NCBI GenBank assembly: GCA_947258785.1
Contig: CAMYJT010000008.1
Location: 140,429 to 204,428, forward strand
DNA from: an uncultured Gammaproteobacteria bacterium
GTDB taxonomy: Bacteria > Pseudomonadota > Gammaproteobacteria > Arenicellales > JAANXG01
Length of the DNA stretch: 64,000 bases
Direction of reading: 5' to 3'
Notes under the pieces: model-generated
What the model saw: the letters and a program-made list of their open reading frames with translations, nothing else
What the model was told of the DNA's origin: nothing
The model's database searches: none
In this document: piece by piece, positions 29,391-37,540 of the stretch
How positions within the stretch are numbered: position 1 is the stretch's first letter
Layout: the number at the start of each line of letters is the position of its first letter
Program-made: the position numbers and the translations under genes

Positions 29391-30045
29391 AACCCATCCC
29401 GCGCACAGTATGAATCAAGGGTGCATCGAATCCCTTGTCGATCTTGTCGCGCAGCCTTGATATCCGCGACTCCACGACATTCGTTTGAGGGTCAAAGTTG
29501 TAATCCCAGACATGCTCCATGATCATCGTTTTGGACACCACACGCCCGGCATTACGTGCGAGATATTCGAGCAACGAAAACTCCCGAGGTTGCAGTTTGA
29601 TCGTTTTGTCCGCCCTTGTGACCGAGCGTGCAAGTAGATTGATGGAGAGATCGCCGATGGTGATTCCCGTGGTCTCGGGTGTATCGGTCGCACGACGAAT
29701 CAAGGCCTGAATTCGAGCCAGCAGCTCGGAGAACGCAAACGGTTTTGTGAGGTAGTCATCCCCACCTGCTTGAAGTCCCTCTATGCGTTCATCAACAGAC
29801 CGCCTGGCACTCAGGATGATAACCGGCAGCTTGATCCGCCTTGTCCGCAACTCGTCGATGATCGCGAGACCGTCCAATCCGGGCAACATGATGTCGATCA
29901 CGGCTGCATCGTAAGACGAGCTTAGAGCCATCTGCAGCCCGGCCTTTCCATCGCTGGTGTGTTCAACAACGAAACCGGACTCCTTCAGCCCTTTGCTGAC
30001 GAAAGCGGCGATCTTGAGGTCATCTTCAATGAATAGTAGACGCAT
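29368..30045 (-). CDS. OmpR-family response regulator (CusR/CopR-like)
   Basis: MRLLFIEDD...VIDIMLPGLDG...DDYLTKPFAFSELLARIQALIRR, plus a winged-helix C-terminus. Confidence 0.9.
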   Translation of the reverse strand: MRLLFIEDDLKIAAFVSKGLKESGFVVEHTSDGKAGLQMALSSSYDAAVIDIMLPGLDGLAIIDELRTRRIKLPVIILSARRSVDERIEGLQAGGDDYLTKPFAFSELLARIQALIRRATDTPETTGITIGDLSINLLARSVTRADKTIKLQPREFSLLEYLARNAGRVVSKTMIMEHVWDYNFDPQTNVVESRISRLRDKIDKGFDAPLIHTVRGMGYVLKETQ

Positions 30046-30267
30046 GGTCAGTTGGCACATTGTCTATTCATACATCCACCAAATACCGGGCGCTGATAAC
30101 TCACTACCCGCATCCATCTTTACAACACACCTGCAAAGCGTGCGTCCTGACTCGCCGGTCGAACACCGTCCGTAGGATAGTACAGCGTCCGCTTTCTGAG
30201 GCTTCACTTTAGAAGACCAAGCCGGGGCTTGTCTACGACCCAAGTTGTGTTTTGCCCCCACCTTGCC

Positions 30268-30299
30268 AAATGATCATATATCAACAAGCAAATGGTCAT
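30268..30299. promoter_or_regulatory. direct repeat AAATGATCAT / AAATGGTCAT spaced 22 bp apart, candidate response-regulator box
   Basis: It lies in the 480-bp divergent intergenic region. The half-sites resemble the AAAATGACAA half of the CusR box. Not validated. Confidence 0.25.
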
Positions 30300-30527
30300 G
30301 TTCAGATAATCTTGCGCTCAGCTTGGCTGCGTAGCCTGTGAGACCTCGATCCCGCCACAGCCTCGTGCTGCAGTGGGGTCGAGAAAGTGATCAAGATCAA
30401 GGCCCGAAGCCTTTTTGTCTTGCACACAATCTGAATCAGGAGACTGGGCTATGAAGTGTAGATCAATCAGTACAGGTGTACTCGGTTGTGTTCTCCTCAA
30501 CACTCACAACGAACAGGAGCAATTCGA

Positions 30528-31307
30528 ATGAACAGGCACACAGGTTTGTTGCCCACCTTGGCAGTGGCGGTGGGTGCTATTATCTTGGGGGCGGCTTCCC
30601 CGTCAAGTTTCGCCGAGGAACCCTTCCCCGTAGCGAACCTTTTCTTCGAACTCAATGACACCGATGGAGATTTGGGCATTCACGCTTTGATCGATGGCGA
30701 CGCCTGGAAGAAGCTCGAGATCGAAGACACAAAGGAACGGGAGATTCTCGATATTACTGTCAAGGGGCGTTTGCGCAGGCAGGGCCTCACCGAGATCTTT
30801 TTCGAGAGCGCGGAACCGCCTTTTGAGAGTGACGATCCGGAGGAGTTGACCCTGACGCCCGAGCAATTTTTCCGTCGCTTCCCGGAAGGCACGTATGAAA
30901 TCGAGGGCAAAACGATCGAAGGTGGGGAGCTGGAGAGCGAGGTGCAGCTCACCCACGTCATGCCCGCGCCGCCTGAACCGGAGGTAAATGGCCAGACCGC
31001 GGCGGAGGATTGTGACGCGGTTCTTCCGGTGGTCAGCCCGCCAGTCACCATCAGCTGGGACCCCGTCACCATGTCGCACCCCGACCTGGGCACGTCGGGA
31101 GTGCCGATCCAGGTCATCAACTACGAGGTCGTCGTCGAGATTGACGAAACACCGTACAAGTCCAGCACCATCCTGCCGCCCTCGGCAACGTCGTTTCAGG
31201 TTCCGTCGGAAATCCTCGCTCTGGGCGATGAGATAAAGTTCGAGGTGCTCGTGCGCGAGGAAAGTTACAACCAGACGGCGGCTGAAAGCTGCTTTGAATT
31301 GCTGTAG
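30528..31307 (+). CDS. secreted hypothetical protein (259 aa)
   Basis: Signal peptide MNRHTGLLPTLAVAVGAIILGAASPSSFA. An acidic mature protein with a beta-sandwich-like C-terminal half. No family recognised. Confidence 0.6.
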   Translation: MNRHTGLLPTLAVAVGAIILGAASPSSFAEEPFPVANLFFELNDTDGDLGIHALIDGDAWKKLEIEDTKEREILDITVKGRLRRQGLTEIFFESAEPPFESDDPEELTLTPEQFFRRFPEGTYEIEGKTIEGGELESEVQLTHVMPAPPEPEVNGQTAAEDCDAVLPVVSPPVTISWDPVTMSHPDLGTSGVPIQVINYEVVVEIDETPYKSSTILPPSATSFQVPSEILALGDEIKFEVLVREESYNQTAAESCFELL

Positions 31308-31397
31308 CCGCGACAAACTATGACCTGTGATTCATGGACTCCGTTCGCACACCGGCCCCCGGCCGGGCGAACGGAGTCCACGCTCGGTGTGGAGCTG

Positions 31398-32663
31398 ATG
31401 CGTATCTGGGACAACCGCGACAAACGGCCGCTAAATAGTCGGGTTTCATTGCTGCAAGCAGCACGGCTGGCTTTTCTAGTGGGCGCTCTCATGCTGCTTA
31501 TTAATGGCGGTAACGCCCAGCAGATCCTGGGGGACGCTCCGGTAATGACGCAGGGCACATGGGGATCGTTGTATGTCAGGATTGATGATGGTGTCGTGAC
31601 GGTGCGGGCGAGAGACGTGTCCGTTAAGGATTTAGTCACCGAGATTGCCCGGCAAGGCGATCTCGTCTTAATTTTGCACGAACCCCTGGATGAACGCATT
31701 ACCATTGAACTCGAGCGGCTCGCTCTGCACAAGGCGATGGACCGTATTCTGCGCGCTTGGAATTTCACCCTGCAGTATGTTCCAGCTGAGACAGGCACTG
31801 GACACAAGGGTGGGGCACACAGCGGACGTCTGTCGGTCGTCTCCAGAGCCTGGGGGTCCGGTTCAGTACATGACGGTGATGCGGTAGAGACCTCTGCCAA
31901 GCGTGCTTCCACGAGCGGCGTGCTTAAACCGGTGGGGGTGCACGAAGACGTTGGGCGCACTCTGGAAGTCGCCATTGGTTTGGCAGCGCTCGAGCGGGAC
32001 GACACAATCGCAGCGTTAAGCCTTACCTTGACGGATGCCGACCCGGAAGTACGCCTGAAAGCAGTCTCCGAACTCGCCAACCTCGGCGGCGACGAGGCGG
32101 CAGTAGCGCTTGCAGTGGCCCTGGCTGACGAGCAGGCCCGGGTGCGCGAGGAGGCGGTTCACGCTTTGGGCGACATCGGCGGTGAGACAGCCGGGCAAAT
32201 CCTCGGACAAGCCGTTACGGACACGGAGATAAGTGTGCGTGAGGCCGCTATCGATGCCTTTGCGGACATCGGTGGAGACGAATCCGCCGTGGCCTTAGCC
32301 GTTGCCCTCAGCGATAAAGACGCCTCGGTGCGGGAGGACGCGGTCTACGCGCTGGGACGAATTCGAAGCAAGTCGGCTGGCTGGGGCCTTAACCAGGCGC
32401 TCATGGACCAAGACAGCAAGGTGCGCGAGGCAGCGATTGACGCATTGGCTGACATAGGTGGAGATGACTCGGCCGCGGCACTGGCCGTTGTGCTTCGCGG
32501 CAAGGACAGCTCGCAACGGGAGCAGGCGGTGCACGCTCTCGGTCAAATCGGAGGACCAACGGCGATTCGCTTGTTACAACAAGCCGTGGAGGATGAACAG
32601 GACCCCGCCTTGCGAGAGGCGGTCAAAGACACCTTGGCGGGGTTGCCGAGCCGGGAGCAGTAG
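31398..32663 (+). CDS. membrane-anchored HEAT-repeat (PBS-lyase-type) protein with an N-terminal STN/FecR-C-like module
   Basis: One N-terminal helix. VTVRARDVSVKDLVTEIARQGDLVLILHEPLDERITIELERLALHKAMDRIL resembles STN-type beta-alpha modules. About 9 repeats of D..VR..A..ALG.IGG follow. Confidence 0.7.
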   Translation: MRIWDNRDKRPLNSRVSLLQAARLAFLVGALMLLINGGNAQQILGDAPVMTQGTWGSLYVRIDDGVVTVRARDVSVKDLVTEIARQGDLVLILHEPLDERITIELERLALHKAMDRILRAWNFTLQYVPAETGTGHKGGAHSGRLSVVSRAWGSGSVHDGDAVETSAKRASTSGVLKPVGVHEDVGRTLEVAIGLAALERDDTIAALSLTLTDADPEVRLKAVSELANLGGDEAAVALAVALADEQARVREEAVHALGDIGGETAGQILGQAVTDTEISVREAAIDAFADIGGDESAVALAVALSDKDASVREDAVYALGRIRSKSAGWGLNQALMDQDSKVREAAIDALADIGGDDSAAALAVVLRGKDSSQREQAVHALGQIGGPTAIRLLQQAVEDEQDPALREAVKDTLAGLPSREQ

Positions 32664-32846
32664 GCTCTGACGCGACTGTTCGCTGCGAGTTTGAGGCCGG
32701 ACGGATCCAGACCCGGCGGCATGACGTCGGCCGTTCAAGCTTCGTTTGCTTGGCGCAATCGGTGGAACCATGGTGGTGGACCGCATGTTTTCATCACCAT
32801 CAACACAGTGTTCAAGAACTCACCGTCGATAGTGGCTGGGGCCTAA

Positions 32847-33089
32847 CCTGCATATTGCACTAAGGATCCTGGAAGCTGGCGAAGAGATCGGGCGTCTGTA
32901 CGCCGCGCTGGAACGAAACCCATAGCGAGCTATGGATTGAGTGAAGCGCAAGTGCAGGCGTTCGAGATCGAGCCAGGGCCGGGATTGGCGATTGCAGAAG
33001 CACAAACTGTACGAATCAACCAAGACCGAATCATTGAACACAATCAACTTGATACACCATTATTTCGCCGCCTTGGTGCAATATGCAGG
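32847..33089. mobile_element. 243-bp MITE (long form), flanked by CTAA/CTAA
   Basis: Terminal inverted repeats CCTGCATATTGCACTAAGG and CCTTGGTGCAATATGCAGG match 18/19. CTAA is at 32843-32846 and 33090-33093. Internal hairpin CCATAGC-GA-GCTATGG at 32920-32935. Confidence 0.85.
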
Positions 33090-33788
33090 CTAAGCCATGT
33101 CAAACAGCAGAAGTTCGGCAGCGGAGGCGCCGTGAATTTCAATCGTGCAGGGTTCATCGATGGCCAGGCCGTCGCCGGGATGAAGCTGCCGGCCGTTTAC
33201 CGACACCGCACCGAGGGCGACCTGTACCCATGCCATGCGCCGCTCGGCCAAACGATGGACCACCGATTGGCGGTCAGCGAGCAAAGTACTGTAAAGGTCC
33301 ACATCCTGATGGATGGTGATGGAACCGTCGCGACCGTCCCGGGAACCCACCAATCGCAGCCACCCGCGCCTTTCTTCTTCGGCGAACGCCATCTGCTCGT
33401 AGCTTGGCGCCAGCCCTTCAATTTCCGGAAGAATCCAGACCTGCAGGAAGTGAACGGGCTCCGAGTGTGAGGCGTTGAACTCGCTGTGCCGTACACCGGC
33501 GCCCGCCGACATCCGCTGAATCTCGCCCGGGCGGATGATCGAGCCGTTGCCGAGGCTGTCTTTGTGCTCGAGGGCGCCATCCAGGACAATGGAAATTATC
33601 TCCATGTCCTGATGGCCGTGCGTGTCGAAGCCCCGGCCCGGTTGAACCCGGTCCTCGTTGATCACCCGCAACGGTCCAAACCCCATGCAATCGGGGTCGT
33701 AGTAGTGGCCGAAAGAGAAAGTGTGGCGGCTGCTCAGCCAGTCCAGGCGGGTCAGACCGCGTGCGTCAGATGCTCTGACCCGCAGCAT
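33090..33788 (-). CDS. pirin family protein (YhhW-like bicupin)
   Basis: WLSSRHTFSFGHYYDP..MGFGPLRVINEDRV.PG.GF.THGHQDMEI...LDG...H.DS.GN parallels E. coli YhhW. The start is set at MLRVRASDARG by that alignment. The stop codon lies inside the MITE-flanking CTAA. Confidence 0.9.
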   Translation of the reverse strand: MLRVRASDARGLTRLDWLSSRHTFSFGHYYDPDCMGFGPLRVINEDRVQPGRGFDTHGHQDMEIISIVLDGALEHKDSLGNGSIIRPGEIQRMSAGAGVRHSEFNASHSEPVHFLQVWILPEIEGLAPSYEQMAFAEEERRGWLRLVGSRDGRDGSITIHQDVDLYSTLLADRQSVVHRLAERRMAWVQVALGAVSVNGRQLHPGDGLAIDEPCTIEIHGASAAELLLFDMA

Positions 33789-33796
33789 GTGCCCCC

Positions 33797-34045
33797 TCCA
33801 ATACGCTCGGGGATTTCGATAATCCGTCACTGTGCGATGCGCTCAATATTAAAGACGCGGCGCTTGCTGATCAAGGCATCGCCCTGCTGCCGACGTTTAT
33901 CGCAGTCAAGGCCCTGCAGCAGGCACGGCTGAGAACAGTGCTCAACGTTCTTCCCCCTACGGACGCCGCACTGTGCGGTCTACTTCCCTCACCGTCACCC
34001 GTCGGCAAAGTTGCGGTTGGCCGTCGAACTGCGGGCCGAGCGCCT
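33797..34045 (+). pseudogene. remnant of the C-terminal effector domain of a LysR-type regulator
   Basis: The frame reads ...AALADQGIALLPTFIAVKALQQARLRTVL...ALCGLLPS...GKVAV, the usual LysR C-terminal pattern. There is no HTH or N-terminal ~200 aa upstream. Confidence 0.35.
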
Positions 34046-34251
34046 TCGTCACCATCCTTATCGGGACCTGGACCAGCAGGCGGTTCTGATTGCCGATGGG
34101 CGCATAGACAAGTGAGCGATCAAGCGAGGAGGCGTCGGAGAGCGGGCCGGTCCGGGAATAATACGGCCAAAGCGCTTGGTTCCGGGCAAAATGTCCGTAA
34201 AATGGCGAGGTTACATGGCCAAAACCGGCAGGGAGACTAAAATTTCTTAAT

Positions 34252-35451
34252 ATGCGTCCGGCAGTCCTCATCTCCGCTGTTGCTTGCGTGATCCTGGTGT
34301 CCGTGCCGGCGACGGCGTTCGCCGGTCCCGAGTATGACGTGTCTTACTTATGGAGCCACAAGCTGGATCGGGTCTATGCGTACCGCAACCAGGTGGCCCG
34401 CGTGCTCGGTCCACGGGTGACTAAGAAACTGAAGGTGGTACGCGGAGGCAAGCTGTTCGGTCTCATCTATCACCGGCGCGGAGATGTCTCCGGTGCCGGC
34501 AGAACCGCCCGGGCCCACAGCAAGCTGCTCCGTTCCCGGGGTCTGGAAGCCGCGGCACCGATCGGCTCCATGGACTGGACCTTTGTCAACGAAAAAGGTG
34601 AGGTGTCCAACCCGCGGACATTCCGCGCCACCGGACACACACGCGAACAGCAACTTGAAATTAAGGATCTCGAAGCCGCCGTTGCGCGCTACATAGAAAA
34701 CCTTCGGCGTAAGGGCAAAATCGCCCCCGATGAACGGACCGCGTGGTCGGTCTACGATTTCACGACCGGTGAGCAGCTGGTCTCCATCAACGAAGACCTG
34801 CAGTTACAGGCGGCCAGCCTGGTTAAACCCTTCTTCGCCTTGGCGTTCTTTCACCAAGTCGGCAGGGGCAAGTTCAAATACGGCCGCAAGAGCCGGCGGA
34901 ATATGGAGCGGATGATCCAACATTCAAATAACCGGTCCACAAACTGGATCATCCGGCAAGTCGGAGGTCCTGCGGCAGTGCAACGGATACTCACGCAGCA
35001 CTATGCGGAAATATTTCAAGAGACACGCATTGTGGAGTACATGCCAGCTAACGGGCGTACCTACCGCAACAAGGCTTCGGCAAACGACTACAGCCGATTT
35101 CTGGCCGCGCTGTGGAATGCCGAAATCCCGGGAGCGCGGGAGATCAAGCGCCTAATGAGGTTGCCGGGCCCGGACCGTATCTATACCGGTGCCCGCGAAG
35201 TCCCTCAGGGAACCTGGGTTTACAACAAGACGGGGAGCACCTCGCGACTGTGCGGCGACATGGGCATCTTGGTCGTCAAAGGCAGAGACGGTAAGCGCTA
35301 TCCGTACATTCTTGTTGGTGTAATCGAGAAACAACGCAGCGCACGCAACTACACCTCGTGGATCCGCTCACGCTCGAATGTCATCCGTAGAGTGTCAAAC
35401 ATCGTGTACCTTGGAATATCGCAGCAACACAAGCTGCGCAGATCTCTTTAA
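34252..35451 (+). CDS. class A beta-lactamase-fold serine hydrolase with an N-terminal SPOR-like domain
   Basis: Signal peptide. S-x-x-K (SLVK), SNN (SDN-like) and KTG (NKTGST) motifs in the right order. The N-terminal ~80 aa have a beta-alpha-beta-beta-alpha-beta pattern like SPOR. Confidence 0.75.
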   Translation: MRPAVLISAVACVILVSVPATAFAGPEYDVSYLWSHKLDRVYAYRNQVARVLGPRVTKKLKVVRGGKLFGLIYHRRGDVSGAGRTARAHSKLLRSRGLEAAAPIGSMDWTFVNEKGEVSNPRTFRATGHTREQQLEIKDLEAAVARYIENLRRKGKIAPDERTAWSVYDFTTGEQLVSINEDLQLQAASLVKPFFALAFFHQVGRGKFKYGRKSRRNMERMIQHSNNRSTNWIIRQVGGPAAVQRILTQHYAEIFQETRIVEYMPANGRTYRNKASANDYSRFLAALWNAEIPGAREIKRLMRLPGPDRIYTGAREVPQGTWVYNKTGSTSRLCGDMGILVVKGRDGKRYPYILVGVIEKQRSARNYTSWIRSRSNVIRRVSNIVYLGISQQHKLRRSL

Positions 35452-35578
35452 ACACATCGTTCACACTTTGTCCTGAACCGGTCTGTTGCTCAACGGCAGT
35501 TTACCCGGCGGCGAGTAACGCGGTCGTGTTCCTTTAGCCCGCGGTGTGCGGCCGCAGGGGGCGAGCGCGCGGCCACGA

Positions 35579-36373
35579 TTAACGCAGTAGAGTGATGGGA
35601 AGATAGCCGCCTGCGGCTTGTATGGGAGTAGGATCGCCCGGCTCACTGATCCAGGCCACCAGCGCAAGCCGATCGGCAGGCGTAACCTTGATTTTCGGTA
35701 GACCGACTCGCCATCGGTGTCCGGTGCCACGGGTCTGCTTGTGCCCCACGGCGACAAATTCGTGACGGGAGACCCGGCCTTTGTTCTCACCGGCCAGGAT
35801 CCGGGTCGACAGGTTCATTCCCAACAAGGCGAGATGGAAGTCAAGGGTTCCGGAGACCGTTCGATCCGGCTCAAACGTTGCGGACACCTGCTGCCCGTTG
35901 ACCATAAGCTCGAGCACGCCGACGTGTTCAGCCTCAATCTGCGGTTCCCCGCGCAGGAATCCAAGCCCCCAGGTCCGGCCGTTCACGACAAACGCCGGGG
36001 TATACACGGTCCGCAGGTGCCGAAGTTCAGCGTAGCGCCGCTGGCGAGTGGTATGCCGCGGATCGGCAAAACGGTCCCGCCATCCGAGGTAATCCCAATA
36101 ATCAACATGAAACGCCACCGGGACGTAAGCCGTCCAAAGCTTGGGATGATCGACGTAAGTATTCAGGTATCTCTCCGCCGGGGGACAGCTGTTACATCCC
36201 TGCGACGTAAACAACTCAATCATAACGGTCCGCTGCGGTCCGCCTGCAATACGAATCTCCCCGGACCATGCAAAGTCAGCGGCCATCAACTGTGTACACA
36301 GGACGAGTGCCCTGGGCCAGAACCCAGCCATGAACTGGCGCACGGTCATTCTACTAAGCTCGAGGGTGGACAA
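35579..36373 (-). CDS. DUF1223 thioredoxin-fold protein
   Basis: IELFTSQGCNSCPPAERYL and HVDYWDYLGWRD motifs. Confidence 0.85.
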   Translation of the reverse strand: MSTLELSRMTVRQFMAGFWPRALVLCTQLMAADFAWSGEIRIAGGPQRTVMIELFTSQGCNSCPPAERYLNTYVDHPKLWTAYVPVAFHVDYWDYLGWRDRFADPRHTTRQRRYAELRHLRTVYTPAFVVNGRTWGLGFLRGEPQIEAEHVGVLELMVNGQQVSATFEPDRTVSGTLDFHLALLGMNLSTRILAGENKGRVSRHEFVAVGHKQTRGTGHRWRVGLPKIKVTPADRLALVAWISEPGDPTPIQAAGGYLPITLLR

Positions 36374-36382
36374 GACGCGAGC

Positions 36383-36850
36383 TCATTTGTTCTTGGCTGC
36401 CGAAGGGTAGGAAAGAATGGTCAGTAGGGCCTCGGCCAAGTCTTCGTCCGATTTAACGTCAACTCTGAAGTTGATGCCGCTTTTGGGGAATGAAGCGATT
36501 AATACCCCAGTGTTCGTGTAGGCAAGGTGAACGGGCTGCCCGGCGATAATTTGCTCTTTATACCATTGGCGTTGTTTCGCCGGCGTGTTCTTGGCTTTAT
36601 CAGTGAATTGGCTGCCGAATTGGGGTGCGCCCGGTTTTGGAATAGCGCCGATCTCGTAGTAGATTTGTAAACCGCCTGGCTTGGAAATCACGCCAGGCAG
36701 GCTGTCGAAACCCTGCAGTTTTTTGTGTGTGTAGCTGTCCAACAATTTCAAATCACCGGGCGGTGGATCGGCCGCGCTCGAATGCTGCCCGTACAGAGCT
36801 AGAAAACAGATACTAGCAATCGCATGGACCAAGTTTAATCGTCTGTTCAT
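36383..36850 (-). CDS. secreted hypothetical protein (155 aa)
   Basis: AAGGAG precedes the ATG at 36850. Signal peptide MNRRLNLVHAIASICFLALYGQHSSA. Confidence 0.55.
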   Translation of the reverse strand: MNRRLNLVHAIASICFLALYGQHSSAADPPPGDLKLLDSYTHKKLQGFDSLPGVISKPGGLQIYYEIGAIPKPGAPQFGSQFTDKAKNTPAKQRQWYKEQIIAGQPVHLAYTNTGVLIASFPKSGINFRVDVKSDEDLAEALLTILSYPSAAKNK

Positions 36851-37416
36851 CAGGTTACTCCTTGATGGAAAAGACATCACACACTTCGGTTGAACTGCCG
36901 GTGTGATTCGGAACCAGACTCTGCTGTTTCTACCGCCGTCGTGAAGTGTATCATCAACTCGCTGCTCCTGCGTGCCCGCGTACATTGCAAGCTCGGGCGG
37001 TTGTGCCGGTATTTTGCCCTGCATGGATGTACGGCACTCAGACGCTCAGGGACATTTGCGTCTGCCCCCGCCCGGCGTTATCGACCGAACGCTTGGCCCT
37101 GAACCAGCAGGGGAATGTTCGTTATAGCGTGAACGAATTAAATGATGTCGCGGGCGCATGAATGCGCCGGAGCAACCACACTCCAGGCACCGTATCTAGA
37201 CGGCACGCACACATCGTCCTGGAACCCTGGACTTTATTGCCCGCCCAGTCGCTTTGGTGCCCAAACCCCAGGTCAGCTTCACGCGGTTTTACGCTAAAGC
37301 GGATATACAGAAGGGGAAGCGTGGCGGCAATGGCCGTTGTTCGAGTGGCCTCGTTAGGAAGCGGTCATGCCCAGTGGCGCCACAGCCCGCGGTGTTCGTA
37401 GCTGCAGCGCGTTTAG

Positions 37417-37495
37417 CCCACATATTACACCAGGGCGGCGGCCTTACCGCCCGATCCCTTCGCCATCATCCGGAACCCTTGGTGCAATATGCGGG
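37417..37495. mobile_element. 79-bp mini-MITE, flanked by TTAG/TTAG
   Basis: Terminal repeats CCCACATATTACACCAGGG and CCCTTGGTGCAATATGCGGG. TTAG at 37413-37416 and 37496-37499. The core equals the right-end segment of the long form. Confidence 0.8.
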
Positions 37496-37540
37496 TTAGA
37501 CCCCGTCACACAGGGGTCTGACTCCTTCACGTTCGTCGCT

